A stretch of 64,000 nt of DNA from an uncultured Acidobacteriota bacterium (lineage in GTDB: Bacteria > Acidobacteriota > Thermoanaerobaculia > Multivoradales > UBA5704), in contig OY969474.1 of assembly GCA_963700145.1 (NCBI GenBank), positions 2,720,001 to 2,784,000 of the forward strand, written 5' to 3'. This document shows positions 39,818-49,283 of this stretch, in pieces. Each line of letters opens with the position of its first letter. The stretch's first letter is position 1. The translations under genes were made by a program, and so were the position numbers. The notes below the pieces were generated by a model, which was not told the origin of the DNA, made no database searches, and worked only from the letters and a program-made list of their open reading frames with translations.

Positions 39818-39931
39818 GCGTGTTTCTCCATGGAAGCCCGGGCCACCGGGCGAATGCCGGCGGCACTTGCCGCGGCGGCCCGGTGTTCCTTCTCTCCTGT
39901 CTGCGGGCGCTGCATCGTCGCGTCCTATCCC

Positions 39932-40115
39932 GGTCTCCGCACCTCCGCTCTAGTAATCCTCGGCAGAGTCATTCCGCCGGGAAAAGTGAAAGCTCTCGCA
40001 CCCGCAAGGTGCGAAGGCGATTGCTCAACTTGGGGGAAGGCGTTAAGGTGCTATCTGAAGATCAGCGTAGGCGAGGAGATCAAGCAGTCATAGCCGTACA
40101 AATCTGCCGAGAAGG
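39932..40115. repeat. Island repeat L, copy A (symE upstream region)
   Basis: Homologous to 44766-44955; shares taatcctcggcagagtcattccgccggg and aaggtgctatctgRagatcagcgtag. Confidence 0.85.
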
Positions 40116-40291
40116 CAGGTTGGGCGGGCGGGCAGACTGCAACGGCCAATGGCCGAGTGGTCCTGAAGAAGCTGTGCGGGTCTTCTTCCGCATAGCTCGA
40201 TAGACACTTACCTATGCGCCATCTTCATTGACACCGACCAAACCAGGTTTCAGGATGCGCGTAGCCGTCTCTTGCCAGATGGGCTGAACTT

Positions 40292-42313
40292 GTGGAGGAC
40301 CTTATGCGCTCACACAGGACGATCTTCCTATTCACGTCTCTCGCGCTGACCTTGTCATCTTTAGCACATGCCGTCGAACCCGCCTCTGGCCATGCGGAAA
40401 TACGGATCAATCACAAAGATGCCATCGTTTATAAGCACCCCACCTATGTCTTCCGATCCTGGACCACTGATTACAAGGAGCTGCCGGCTCGCGTCCTGGC
40501 GACTCCACATCCGTTCACTGTTCGACCGGGAGAAAAGGTCACTATCTATATAGAAGATCGTAACCCGTTCCTCTATTCATACGTATGGACTAGCGCTGAG
40601 GGAATCGCCACTCAGAATGCGACGGCAGCGGCAGTCTTCACGAAGGGGCTGCTCACGCTTATACAGAACCTTGAGCCGGCTTCCGGTTCCAGCGACCTAA
40701 CCCCATACGATCCTTACGGTATTCGGACAGCACGGGGTGCGCAGTTCGTGCTGGCGTCGCTGCACCAAGACTTCGAATTAGACGATGACTTTCCGATCGA
40801 AAGCCCGGGCTCGAGCAAGGAGATTCTCGAGAGAGCTGCTGGAAGGATCAATGCGCTTCAAATAGGTGGAGACCGGACATTCGGCGAGCAGGTCATGGAT
40901 TTTCGCGTTGACGACATCATGGAGCGCGCTATCGAGGCCGTCCGGAGCAAGAATGTCCCCACTCCTGAGAATCCGAGGATCAGAGAAATCCTAAAAGAAG
41001 CGGGTATTCCGAATACCCGAAGCTTTCTCCAAGACTTCAAGGCGCTCGCAGCTAAATTGTATCTCTTCGGTGAACAGACAGAGAAGCTCATCAGTGAAGT
41101 CGAGAGTGGCAACGGTCGCGCCGCTAAGGAAGTGGTGAACGGATGGCAGCTGGAGCGCAATATACCTGACCTCGGCAAGCGCTACGACCTCATGCGAAGC
41201 GCAATGGATGCTCTCGTATCAGAAGTGAATGCAGAGAAGAACACAGAAGAGCTCTCCGAGGAGATCGCTACCAAGATCCGGAGAGCCGACTTCATCAAGC
41301 GTAAGTTGGCAAGACTTCCCGGGATTCTAAATGAGGCCGAGGCACAGCAGCTGCCGGCGCTATGTAGTGAGTGGTCCAAGTTGACCGGCGGGAGTCGCGC
41401 CGCATGCCTGGCTGACCCAACGAAGCTTGTAGGTAAGACGACAATTCAATCGGAGGAGCTTGAACACGAGGACACGGGAGATGTGGAACTGATCGATCTT
41501 CCGGAGCGGCTTGTCCTTACTGGAAGGCGATTCGAGAAGGGAGAAATCAGGGCTCTTGCCGATGAACTTGACCGAGCCCGGGCGGCCAATCGGGTAAGCA
41601 ATAGGATAAGTGCCGATCCCTTTTATATCAGCGCCCAATTTCTGCTGACGCAGGAGGATGAGACGCGCACCACGTTGTCAGAAATGGAGCAATTCGCCAC
41701 GACGATGGCTCTGGTCGACACAGCGATGCCCCTTGCCGAGATCACCTACGACGGCACGTTGATCAAAGGCGGCAAATTGACGATCACACGGGTTAAGGGC
41801 CTCCCGATCGGGTTGCAGAAGCTCTTCCGAAGAGGTGAACAGGTGGAGGCTGTCTACGATCTCGCGTTCAAGCCGTACAGCGCTGTTCAACTCGAAGCGG
41901 GCGTCGCAACGGTATATAGCTTCGTCAAGCAGCACGATTTTGAGCTCACGCCAGAGGGGAGCAACTTCAGGATCATCGATACTGAGAACGAGTACTCCGG
42001 AGTGGAGCTAGGAGCTATGTTGACCATAGTGCCCGCTCGATGGGCCGACTCCGATTTTTATGGACTGTTCCAAGTAGGAGTGAAGCCAAGCGAGAACCTC
42101 GGGTTCTTCGCTGGGGGCGGTATCAAGTTCTCGAATTGGTTCTCATTCGGCATAGGAGCCGCCTTCGAGCAGGTGGAAAGGCTCAAAGCAGGCGTCGACC
42201 CGGACGGAGACGGCTTGATCCCGAGTAGGGACGCGCTCAAGACAGAGAAGCATTTCGAGCCCGGATTCTATATACATCTAACGGCTAGTAAGGAAATCGG
42301 TAAGAAGAACTGA
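40292..42313 (+). CDS. Large secreted hypothetical protein with possible C-terminal beta-barrel-like region
   Basis: Signal peptide; helical middle; alternating aromatic/Gly strands at the C-terminus. Confidence 0.7.
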   Translation: MEDLMRSHRTIFLFTSLALTLSSLAHAVEPASGHAEIRINHKDAIVYKHPTYVFRSWTTDYKELPARVLATPHPFTVRPGEKVTIYIEDRNPFLYSYVWTSAEGIATQNATAAAVFTKGLLTLIQNLEPASGSSDLTPYDPYGIRTARGAQFVLASLHQDFELDDDFPIESPGSSKEILERAAGRINALQIGGDRTFGEQVMDFRVDDIMERAIEAVRSKNVPTPENPRIREILKEAGIPNTRSFLQDFKALAAKLYLFGEQTEKLISEVESGNGRAAKEVVNGWQLERNIPDLGKRYDLMRSAMDALVSEVNAEKNTEELSEEIATKIRRADFIKRKLARLPGILNEAEAQQLPALCSEWSKLTGGSRAACLADPTKLVGKTTIQSEELEHEDTGDVELIDLPERLVLTGRRFEKGEIRALADELDRARAANRVSNRISADPFYISAQFLLTQEDETRTTLSEMEQFATTMALVDTAMPLAEITYDGTLIKGGKLTITRVKGLPIGLQKLFRRGEQVEAVYDLAFKPYSAVQLEAGVATVYSFVKQHDFELTPEGSNFRIIDTENEYSGVELGAMLTIVPARWADSDFYGLFQVGVKPSENLGFFAGGGIKFSNWFSFGIGAAFEQVERLKAGVDPDGDGLIPSRDALKTEKHFEPGFYIHLTASKEIGKKN

Positions 42314-42345
42314 GCGTGACCGGCAACGCTGTATTGAGGACGAAT

Positions 42346-42545
42346 CACACCCCGCTATCAAGCGGGGTGTGTGAGAATTCTGCAACTGGTCATCATAGAG
42401 ATCCTGGATGTAGAGTGAACTCAGGATTCTTCTCGAACCAGTCGAGGATCTCTCGCATAACGTGTCTCAACTCAGATTCTCTCGTGACCTGCGTCTCCGG
42501 CAGGTTTGTACCGCTTCGACCTCCGGCCCGTTGAAGGTCACTACA
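42346..42545 (-). repeat. Island repeat R, copy A: hairpin + relic of serine recombinase 3' end + att-like site
   Basis: Homologous to 47265-47485. Minus-strand translation RSGTNLP...LRHVMREILDWFEKNP*. Confidence 0.8.
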
Positions 42546-42556
42546 TAGGGGAGGCC

Positions 42557-44401
42557 ATGTACGCACGAACGATCGTCGTCTTCTTCACAGTCCTGCTGAC
42601 CGCGTGTGCCACCACGACGCGGGGCCGGTCCGTCGTCCTGCGCGGGCAGGTGCTCGATCCGGCGAACGCGCCGGTCGCCGGCGCGATGGTCACGGCCGGA
42701 TCGCGTGCGGCGCGCACGGATGCTCTCGGCGAGTTCCGCCTGGTCGTGCCGCGCGCGGAGCGCATCGCCGCGACCATCATTGCGCCGCGGTTCATCGAGA
42801 CCACGCGGGTGTTCACGTCCGAGAACCTCGCCCGCGGCAAAAACGTCATCGTGATCTGGCCGCGTGCGGCCGCGGTTCCGCTCGACGCCAGCCTCGGCGG
42901 AACGCTGACGTTCCCTGGCGGCACCATCGCCATCCCTCCGGCCGCGCTGGTCGATGCGAACGGTCAGCCGGCGACCGGCAACGTGCGCGTCTCGTTATCG
43001 GCCATCGACGTCTCCGATCCGCGCCAGCTTCGCAGCGCACCCGGTGACTTCACCGCCCGCATGCGCGACGGCTCCACGCAGCGGCTGGAGACATTCGGGA
43101 TATTCGAGGTCTTCGCCGAGGACGCGGCCGGGCGGCGGCTGGACCTCGCCCGGGGCCGCGAGGCGCAGGTCCGGCTGCGCATCCCGCCGCCGCTGCAGCG
43201 CAACGCGCCGGACGTGGTCGGATCCTTCCGTTTCGATCCGGCCGACGGGCGGTGGGTGGAGGAAGGTCGGATGATCCTCGCGCCCGCTGGAGACGCGTTC
43301 GACTTCCCCATCCCGACCTTCGCCGTGAAGTGGAACGCCGATCAGGTCATGGCAACCACGTGCATCAAACTGCAGGTCCTCGACTCCGGCTGCGGCCAGG
43401 CAGCGGCGACGGTGAACGCGCACGTCGAGGCGGGCGGAGTCAATTACACCGGCTACTCCCATGACTACACCGATGGAAGCGGAGAGGCCTGTCTCTCGGT
43501 CAAGAAGAGCGCCGTCGCCGGCGTGACCGTCAACGGCGGCAACGCGCTCAACATCGCCACGCCCGCCACCATCGCCAGCGCGCCGGGCGACTGCAACAAC
43601 CCCGCGCTCTGCCCGCTGGTGGCGACGACGCACCTCGGCGGCGCCGGCTTCGTCGAGCCGCTGAATGCCGACGATCCGTCCCGCTGGACTAAAGCCGACT
43701 GGCAGAACGCCGATCAGCTCTTCGGCACCGCCTGGAAGCCGACCACCAACCACGTCTCTTTCGCGAACGGTGAGCTGACCCTCACCCTCACGGACTACGG
43801 CAACACTCCCGCGGACGTCTGCGCCACGGATCCCGTCGCGAACTGCCACGGCGAGAACTACACGTCCGGCGAGTACCGTACCAACTGCTTCTACGGCTAC
43901 GGCACCTACAAGGCCAAGATCCGCGCCGCGCGCGGGGACGGACTGGTGACGACTTTCTTCACCTACACCGACATCTTCGACGGCACGGCCGGGCCGAACA
44001 ACACCAACTGGCACGACGAGATCGACATCGAGATCCTCGGCAAAACCCCGGCCTCGAGCGGTTGCGCGGGGACGATCGTGCAGTTTAACTACTTCATCAA
44101 AGGCACTCAGGACCCGGAGCCGAAGTGCCTCCTCTTCGACGCGTCGCTGATGGAGCACGAGTACGAGTTCAGGTGGACGCAGACAGAGATCAAATGGTAC
44201 GTCGACGGTGTCCACCAGCACACCGAGTTTCGCCCGTCGCCTACGGCCGATTGGCCGAGCCAGCCCGGGCGGGTCATGGCCAGCGTCTGGGCGGGCGACA
44301 ATACTAACGGGGGTGCTGTCGCTTGGCTGGGCACGTTCAACTATAACGCCGCCGGGATCATCCGCGACGCCGTCTTCTCCGAGATCAGCTACACGCCGTG
44401 A
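42557..44401 (+). CDS. Lipoprotein with carboxypeptidase-regulatory-like domain and C-terminal GH16 domain
   Basis: Lipobox LTAC; GQVLD.....VAGA.V; GH16 motif DEIDIE; RBS GGGGAGG. Confidence 0.8.
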   Translation: MYARTIVVFFTVLLTACATTTRGRSVVLRGQVLDPANAPVAGAMVTAGSRAARTDALGEFRLVVPRAERIAATIIAPRFIETTRVFTSENLARGKNVIVIWPRAAAVPLDASLGGTLTFPGGTIAIPPAALVDANGQPATGNVRVSLSAIDVSDPRQLRSAPGDFTARMRDGSTQRLETFGIFEVFAEDAAGRRLDLARGREAQVRLRIPPPLQRNAPDVVGSFRFDPADGRWVEEGRMILAPAGDAFDFPIPTFAVKWNADQVMATTCIKLQVLDSGCGQAAATVNAHVEAGGVNYTGYSHDYTDGSGEACLSVKKSAVAGVTVNGGNALNIATPATIASAPGDCNNPALCPLVATTHLGGAGFVEPLNADDPSRWTKADWQNADQLFGTAWKPTTNHVSFANGELTLTLTDYGNTPADVCATDPVANCHGENYTSGEYRTNCFYGYGTYKAKIRAARGDGLVTTFFTYTDIFDGTAGPNNTNWHDEIDIEILGKTPASSGCAGTIVQFNYFIKGTQDPEPKCLLFDASLMEHEYEFRWTQTEIKWYVDGVHQHTEFRPSPTADWPSQPGRVMASVWAGDNTNGGAVAWLGTFNYNAAGIIRDAVFSEISYTP

Positions 44402-44596
44402 CGCCCGCCCTGCGGCTACGCTTCATAGACGAACTCCCAGGGAAGCAAGTGGCGGCAATTCTCGGAGTGCATGCACCCAAGCGCCCGCAAGATCGTGCAG
44501 CGCGCGCGAGCCCGACTCGGAGCAGCTCGTCGAGAGATTGAGGATGGTGCAAAGCAAAGGCCGACTCCGGCAGCTTTGTACCGCTTCGACACCTGA
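44401..44596 (+). pseudogene. Frameshifted remnant of an ECF sigma factor region 4
   Basis: ALRLRFIDELPGKQVAAILGV followed, in the +1 frame, by SARKIVQRARARL. Confidence 0.55.
44565..44590. repeat. att-like site CTCCGGCAG(C/G)TTTGTACCGCTTCGAC
   Basis: 25/26 identical to 42495-42520; related to 47435-47457. Confidence 0.75.
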
Positions 44597-44765
44597 TGGG
44601 GCCACGTGCAGGCACCGATGAGAGACGGTGGAGTAAACCGCTGGTGTGCTGGCTAGCAGGTTAGTGGTAGACTAAAGGTAAGCAGCGCCATTGTGCGATC
44701 ACGTCGACGATGGTGTTCCAGTCAAATCCGCGTGGGCGGGCACTACGCCTTTGCGTTCCGCCCCA

Positions 44766-44955
44766 GGTCTTCCCACCTCCGCTCTGGTAATCCTCGGCAG
44801 AGTCATTCCGCCGGGGAACTCACGAAGCTCCCGCACCCGCGAGGATGCGAGGGTGACTGCTCAAGTCGGGGGGAGTGAGACAGTGAAGGTGCTATCTGGA
44901 GATCAGCGTAGCGCGATCATCTCGCCTGCATAGGCGCAGGAACCTGCCGGAGAGG
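44766..44955. repeat. Island repeat L, copy B (no symE downstream)
   Basis: Homologous to 39932-40115. Confidence 0.85.
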
Positions 44956-45054
44956 GACGACCTTCTAGGCCCCATGCAGCTGTGCACATTCTTTGATTTG
45001 ACCGCACGCGCTTAGAGAGTTACCGTAGAGCAGCAACTCCGAAAGGGAGGGACT

Positions 45055-45382
45055 ATGACTGCTCCGCTATTGCGCACGGCACGTATCTGTTCGCTTGTTC
45101 TTCCACTGATGTATCCGTTGGCAGGCGCGCCGCTCCAGGCAGACGCCTATGCCTTGCAGGTCGATAGTGGCGGCACTCTCCTCACCAACCTCGAGTACTA
45201 CGCTCGCGAAGAAGCGGACTCGAATGATGTTAGCGTTCACGCGAAGCGCAACCTTAACGGGCAGTCCTACGTGGGGGTCGGGCAAGATCGGCAATAGCAT
45301 GTCCCTGACCGCGCTCTCAAGTGGTGTGCAGCTGAACGGCCTGCCGATTTGGACCGAAGATCACCTGCCACTCGCCCTATAG
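45055..45382 (+). pseudogene. Frameshifted or truncated secreted protein (possible LamG-like N-terminus)
   Basis: RBS and signal peptide; LEYY..EE...ND, then GKIGN in a shifted frame. Confidence 0.4.
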
Positions 45383-45392
45383 GAGAAGAGCA

Positions 45393-45572
45393 ATGGCTGA
45401 TCAACGAGACGAGAAGAACGATGCGGATGTTAGAAACCTTGACGCAAGTAGTTCTGACGAAGAGACGCGCGAATGCCGAATGCCGTGTCCGGAAGAAGGT
45501 TGCTACCAAAGGTGTGGTAAGAACTGGGGTCATCCGCGTCCGCACACTTGCCCTACGCACGGGGATTTCTAG
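45393..45572 (+). CDS. 59-aa acidic-leader, Cys/His-rich small protein
   Basis: AGGAG RBS; MADQRDEKNDADVRNLDASSSDEETRECRMPCPEEGCYQRCGKNWGHPRPHTCPTHGDF. Confidence 0.55.
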   Translation: MADQRDEKNDADVRNLDASSSDEETRECRMPCPEEGCYQRCGKNWGHPRPHTCPTHGDF

Positions 45573-46083
45573 CGATGACGAAACCTTGAATAAGAGTAAC
45601 GTTAGAGCTGCGGCGCGATAGGTTTCGTGTAGACCTCGTAGAAAAAGGCGCGCAGCCTTGCTCGACGCGTACATCTGCTCCGGCCGGGTGTGGGGGGTTC
45701 TCGCGGCGACCGACTTTTTTTCCTCTGCCCTCGTCGCCGCGGCCTCTTCAACAGTCGCCGTTTTAGGAGGCCAGTATGCCTGAGAATCAACAGAGTGAGG
45801 CGCATCGTGTGACTACGGCTGCAATTCATACACAAGGTTCGGAGGCTGAAGTGACATTTTTGAAGCTTGCGGCGCTAAGCATCCCCTCTGTACGAAGGCC
45901 TTGGAGAATGTGAAATGCGAAAAGGACATAAAATTGGGGCCAAGATCACGTATGTAAGTGCAATGCGACCTGGTGATATCCGATGCGCCCGGTGCATTCA
46001 GCGCAAGGTCTATTGAACTTGGCGATGTCGAAGCGGTTGACCCGGCTTGAGGTGAGTTGCTGCGGCAGCGGTACCATCGGCTG

Positions 46084-47133
46084 ATGAAATTCCACCAAGA
46101 CACGATCCGCGACCCAGAAATCGTGGACCTCGAGGGCGCCACCGTGCTGCTACCGGAGGGCTGGAAGCGGGAGGGCGGGTTCGTGTGGATGCCGCAGTTT
46201 TCGATCCAAGCCAACCTGCTCATCAGGGTCTCCGACCCGAACACGGGCGCGGCGATGCAGACGCTGCTCGCCCAACACTTCGTCTGGTCCTGGCAGCCAT
46301 CGGTCACCTCCATGCCGCCCGGCTCGAACTGGCTCGGCTCGGTGATGCTCCCCCCGCCGCGCGAGCCGGCCGAGTGCGTGCACATGGTGTTCATGCCCGG
46401 CCCCCTGCAACACTTGCGTGGCGCGCGGCTCGTGCGGGTCGAGGACCTGCAGCCATATGCCGCGGAGCTGGCGCTCGGCGCCCCCCAGATGAACCTGCAC
46501 GCGACGCGATTGCGTTACGCCTTCGACTGGAACGGGCAGGGATGGGAAGAGGACGTCTATCTCATCGTCGTGCTCTCCCCGCCGGAGGAGGGGTGGTTGG
46601 CGATCTGGCGGTGCGCGGCCTGGTCGGCGCGTGCGCCGATGGATGAGTTGGACGGGATGACTCCCCTGCTCGCGGCGATCGCGCTGTCGGTGCGCACCAC
46701 CTTCGATTGGGCGGCGCTGCTCGCTTACACGCAGCTCGAGTTCCAACTGAATATCAAGAGGCAACAGACCCGCCCGATCATCCGACAACAGCGGGGAGCG
46801 ATCTGGGCGCAGGAGCAGACGCCGTACACGATGTGGGTCCAGCGCCAGGAAGAGATCCGCAAAAAGCACCGCCCGGCGTGGGAGGCGCGGCAACCGGGCC
46901 TCGACCGTGAGCGCATCGTCCTGAGCCGACTCATCGGCGGACTCGAGACGTACATCAACCCGTTCGATTCGGGCCGTGTGCAATTGCCATCGAGCGATTC
47001 CGGTTACTGGATCAGCAAGGAAGGTCAGGTCGTCACCGCAAGCGATGCCGCCTTCGACCCAAGCGCGGGCAGCACGCCAGGGTGGAAGAAAATGATGTTA
47101 GATGTCGGAGCTGCAACGCACTCGCAGCATTAG
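46084..47133 (+). CDS. Hypothetical protein
   Basis: Long ORF with coding-like composition (LLPEGWKREGG; YINPF....VQLP). Confidence 0.65.
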   Translation: MKFHQDTIRDPEIVDLEGATVLLPEGWKREGGFVWMPQFSIQANLLIRVSDPNTGAAMQTLLAQHFVWSWQPSVTSMPPGSNWLGSVMLPPPREPAECVHMVFMPGPLQHLRGARLVRVEDLQPYAAELALGAPQMNLHATRLRYAFDWNGQGWEEDVYLIVVLSPPEEGWLAIWRCAAWSARAPMDELDGMTPLLAAIALSVRTTFDWAALLAYTQLEFQLNIKRQQTRPIIRQQRGAIWAQEQTPYTMWVQRQEEIRKKHRPAWEARQPGLDRERIVLSRLIGGLETYINPFDSGRVQLPSSDSGYWISKEGQVVTASDAAFDPSAGSTPGWKKMMLDVGAATHSQH

Positions 47134-47264
47134 TATGACTAGCCCTGCAGCACGCTTCTCAAGGTGCTTTATTCCTTGGAGTCTGGTGGCAGCTCGCATC
47201 TCCTGTTAGGTTCAGACAGAAGCGAAGGTTACATTCGGGGCTGTTGAGTGGGACCGAGTACAAG

Positions 47265-47290
47265 CACACCCCGCCGTCTGGCGGGGTGTG
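47265..47290. terminator. Hairpin CACACCCCGCC-GTCT-GGCGGGGTGTG downstream of the recombinase
   Basis: The same stem occurs at 42346-42371. Confidence 0.5.
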
Positions 47291-47297
47291 AATCGAT

Positions 47298-48935
47298 CTA
47301 CTGCTGGCGATCTCGGATACTCCGAAGTACACTGGTAGGTACTGTGGGATTCTTCCGAAGCCAGTCATGGATCTCTTGGAGAACGTGTCTCAATCCAGAA
47401 ACAGGATGAGTATTTAGCATCGTACTTGTCGCCGCCGGCAGGTTTATGCCGGTTCGAGAACTGTCCCGACTACGTCCACCTAGTTGCGTTTGGTCGTGCT
47501 TAGACAGTAGGCCAAACGGGAATAGTAGCTCAACCACAACGTTCTTTCGATCCGCGCGCCGGTTCGAGGTGAGCATTTCCAGCAGCTCACGTTTTTCATC
47601 GTCCGTTCCCAGTTCGTGGCTCAGTGAGGCCGTGGAGGCAAGTTCGAGGATTTCGCGCAGGCGAGTTGCCTCTTCCTCAGCATCCACCTCCCTGGCAAGC
47701 TTCTCTTCCAGCTCTCGCTGATCGAGGAGGAGTCGCTTCTTGCGTCCCTCAAAGGCCTCCTTGTCGAGAGTTCCTTCAAGGTAAGCGTCCACTAAGCGGT
47801 CTTGGCGAGTCTGGAGAGCAGCGAGCTGGAGCTTCCACGTCTCCTTCGTCCGCTCCGTACTTTCCTCATGGTGACCGAGGAATGCATCTGCTTCCACCTC
47901 CAAGGCAGCGCGTTCGGTATCGGACAGCCGCAACATGGAATACGCGCTCGTAACCGCGGCCTCGAGCAGCTCCTCCCTCACGCCGGTCATCGGGCAGATC
48001 TTCGTGTGGCAGCGGTAGTAGACATGGCCCTTCTGCAGCTCGCCGATCAGCGCGTAGCCGCACTCGCCGCACCGGAACATTCGGCGGTAGCGGAGGAGAT
48101 TGCGCCCGGTAGTTTTCTGAGACTTCCCGGAGAGAAGTGCCTGCACACGCTTGAAGAGCTGCGTGCTGATGAGCGCTTGATGCACTCCCTTGTAGACCGC
48201 ACCCCCCTTGTGGACGATGAGCCCCATGTAAAAGGGATTGTTGAGCATCGCAGAGAGCCCGTTGCGCGTCACCGGGCCGCCTTGGCGGTTGCGCAATCCC
48301 ATTCGGGCGAGCTCCTCGCACAAGGTGTCGAGGCTGTGGGCGCCGGTGGCGTACAGCTCGAAGGCTCTCCGTACTGTCGAACCTGTTACGGGGCAAATGG
48401 TCTTGACCTTCCCGCGAGGCCCGTTGTTGACGTAGCCGAGGGGTGCTCCCCAGGGGAGCAGTCCCTGGCTCAGCCTCCCGGCAATGCCTTTCTTCACTTC
48501 CTCGCGGAGGTTGCGGATGTAGTCGGTGGCGAAGACTGCCTGCACGTCAGCCAAGAGCCGCTTGCCGCGGGTGCTCAGGTCTAGGTTGTCGCTGGCGAAC
48601 CGGACGCCGAAGCCTTCATCGGCAAGGTCGTTGATGTCCGCCCAGTCGTGATAGTTGCGGCTGGAGCGATCTACCTTGTGCACGATGAAACCTTCGGCCT
48701 CTCCTCTTCGCAGGCGCTTGGCCATGGAAGAGAAGACGGGCCGGCCGCGGACTGCCGCGGTCTCGATCTCGCGAAACCACTCGACGATGGTGAGCCCCTC
48801 ACGTTCTGCGTAGCGAGAAACGACGCTGCGCTGCTCGGCGAAGGAGGCACCCTCCCGTGAGTCTTTCTGGTCCGGGTCCTTTTCGTCATCCTGTTTTGGA
48901 TCCGAGACACGGATGTATGCGAAGAATCGCTTCAT
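47298..48935 (-). CDS. Large serine recombinase (resolvase + recombinase + zinc-ribbon domains)
   Basis: YIRVS catalytic motif; KVDRSSRN; P.GY; NPFYMG; C..CG and YYRC. Confidence 0.95.
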   Translation of the reverse strand: MKRFFAYIRVSDPKQDDEKDPDQKDSREGASFAEQRSVVSRYAEREGLTIVEWFREIETAAVRGRPVFSSMAKRLRRGEAEGFIVHKVDRSSRNYHDWADINDLADEGFGVRFASDNLDLSTRGKRLLADVQAVFATDYIRNLREEVKKGIAGRLSQGLLPWGAPLGYVNNGPRGKVKTICPVTGSTVRRAFELYATGAHSLDTLCEELARMGLRNRQGGPVTRNGLSAMLNNPFYMGLIVHKGGAVYKGVHQALISTQLFKRVQALLSGKSQKTTGRNLLRYRRMFRCGECGYALIGELQKGHVYYRCHTKICPMTGVREELLEAAVTSAYSMLRLSDTERAALEVEADAFLGHHEESTERTKETWKLQLAALQTRQDRLVDAYLEGTLDKEAFEGRKKRLLLDQRELEEKLAREVDAEEEATRLREILELASTASLSHELGTDDEKRELLEMLTSNRRADRKNVVVELLFPFGLLSKHDQTQLGGRSRDSSRTGINLPAATSTMLNTHPVSGLRHVLQEIHDWLRKNPTVPTSVLRSIRDRQQ

Positions 48936-49147
48936 ACGTTCGTGTCGCGGATTTGGCTTGTAAATGATCGACCGTCATCCATGCTACGGGTGCCGTACTC
49001 TCGTGTCAAAGCCGCAAAGCGTTCTCGCTCCTCAGGATCAAAGGCAATGCGGCCGTGCAGACGCACGACGAAGTCTAAGTAGCGCCGCAAGGCGGCGCGT
49101 GCCTCTTCCTGCTCGTCGGGCGTGAGGCCAGGAAAGAGGTCGGTCAT
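48932..49147 (-). CDS. Small protein translationally coupled to the recombinase
   Basis: ATGA overlap with the recombinase start; DLFPGLT.DE.EEA...L.RYL. Confidence 0.6.
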   Translation of the reverse strand: MTDLFPGLTPDEQEEARAALRRYLDFVVRLHGRIAFDPEERERFAALTREYGTRSMDDGRSFTSQIRDTNV

Positions 49148-49283
49148 TGTGAGTGGCGATGCGTGCATCGCCACAGGGTAGGTTCGCCTTTGATACCGCA
49201 CAAGACTTCGTTTTCTGCCGGATGCCGGGTTCGGCAGGATGCGGCGTCTTCCGCTCGATCACGGCATCGGTACCCTGTGCTCC

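Noticed and set aside
46026-46037. 12-bp inverted match (TGTCGAAGCGGT) to the att-like site
   Set aside because: Too short and lacks the CTGCCGG half, so it cannot support an invertible segment.
47451-47481. Resemblance of the att-like site to a tRNA 3' end (GGTG-N8-CGGG..TCGAACC)
   Set aside because: Spacing differs by 6 nt from the tRNA-Ala copy and no cloverleaf forms.
39932-47485. Classical integron (attC/IntI)
   Set aside because: No RYYYAAC...GTTRRRY attC structure was seen, and the tyrosine integrase has an arm-binding domain rather than IntI features.
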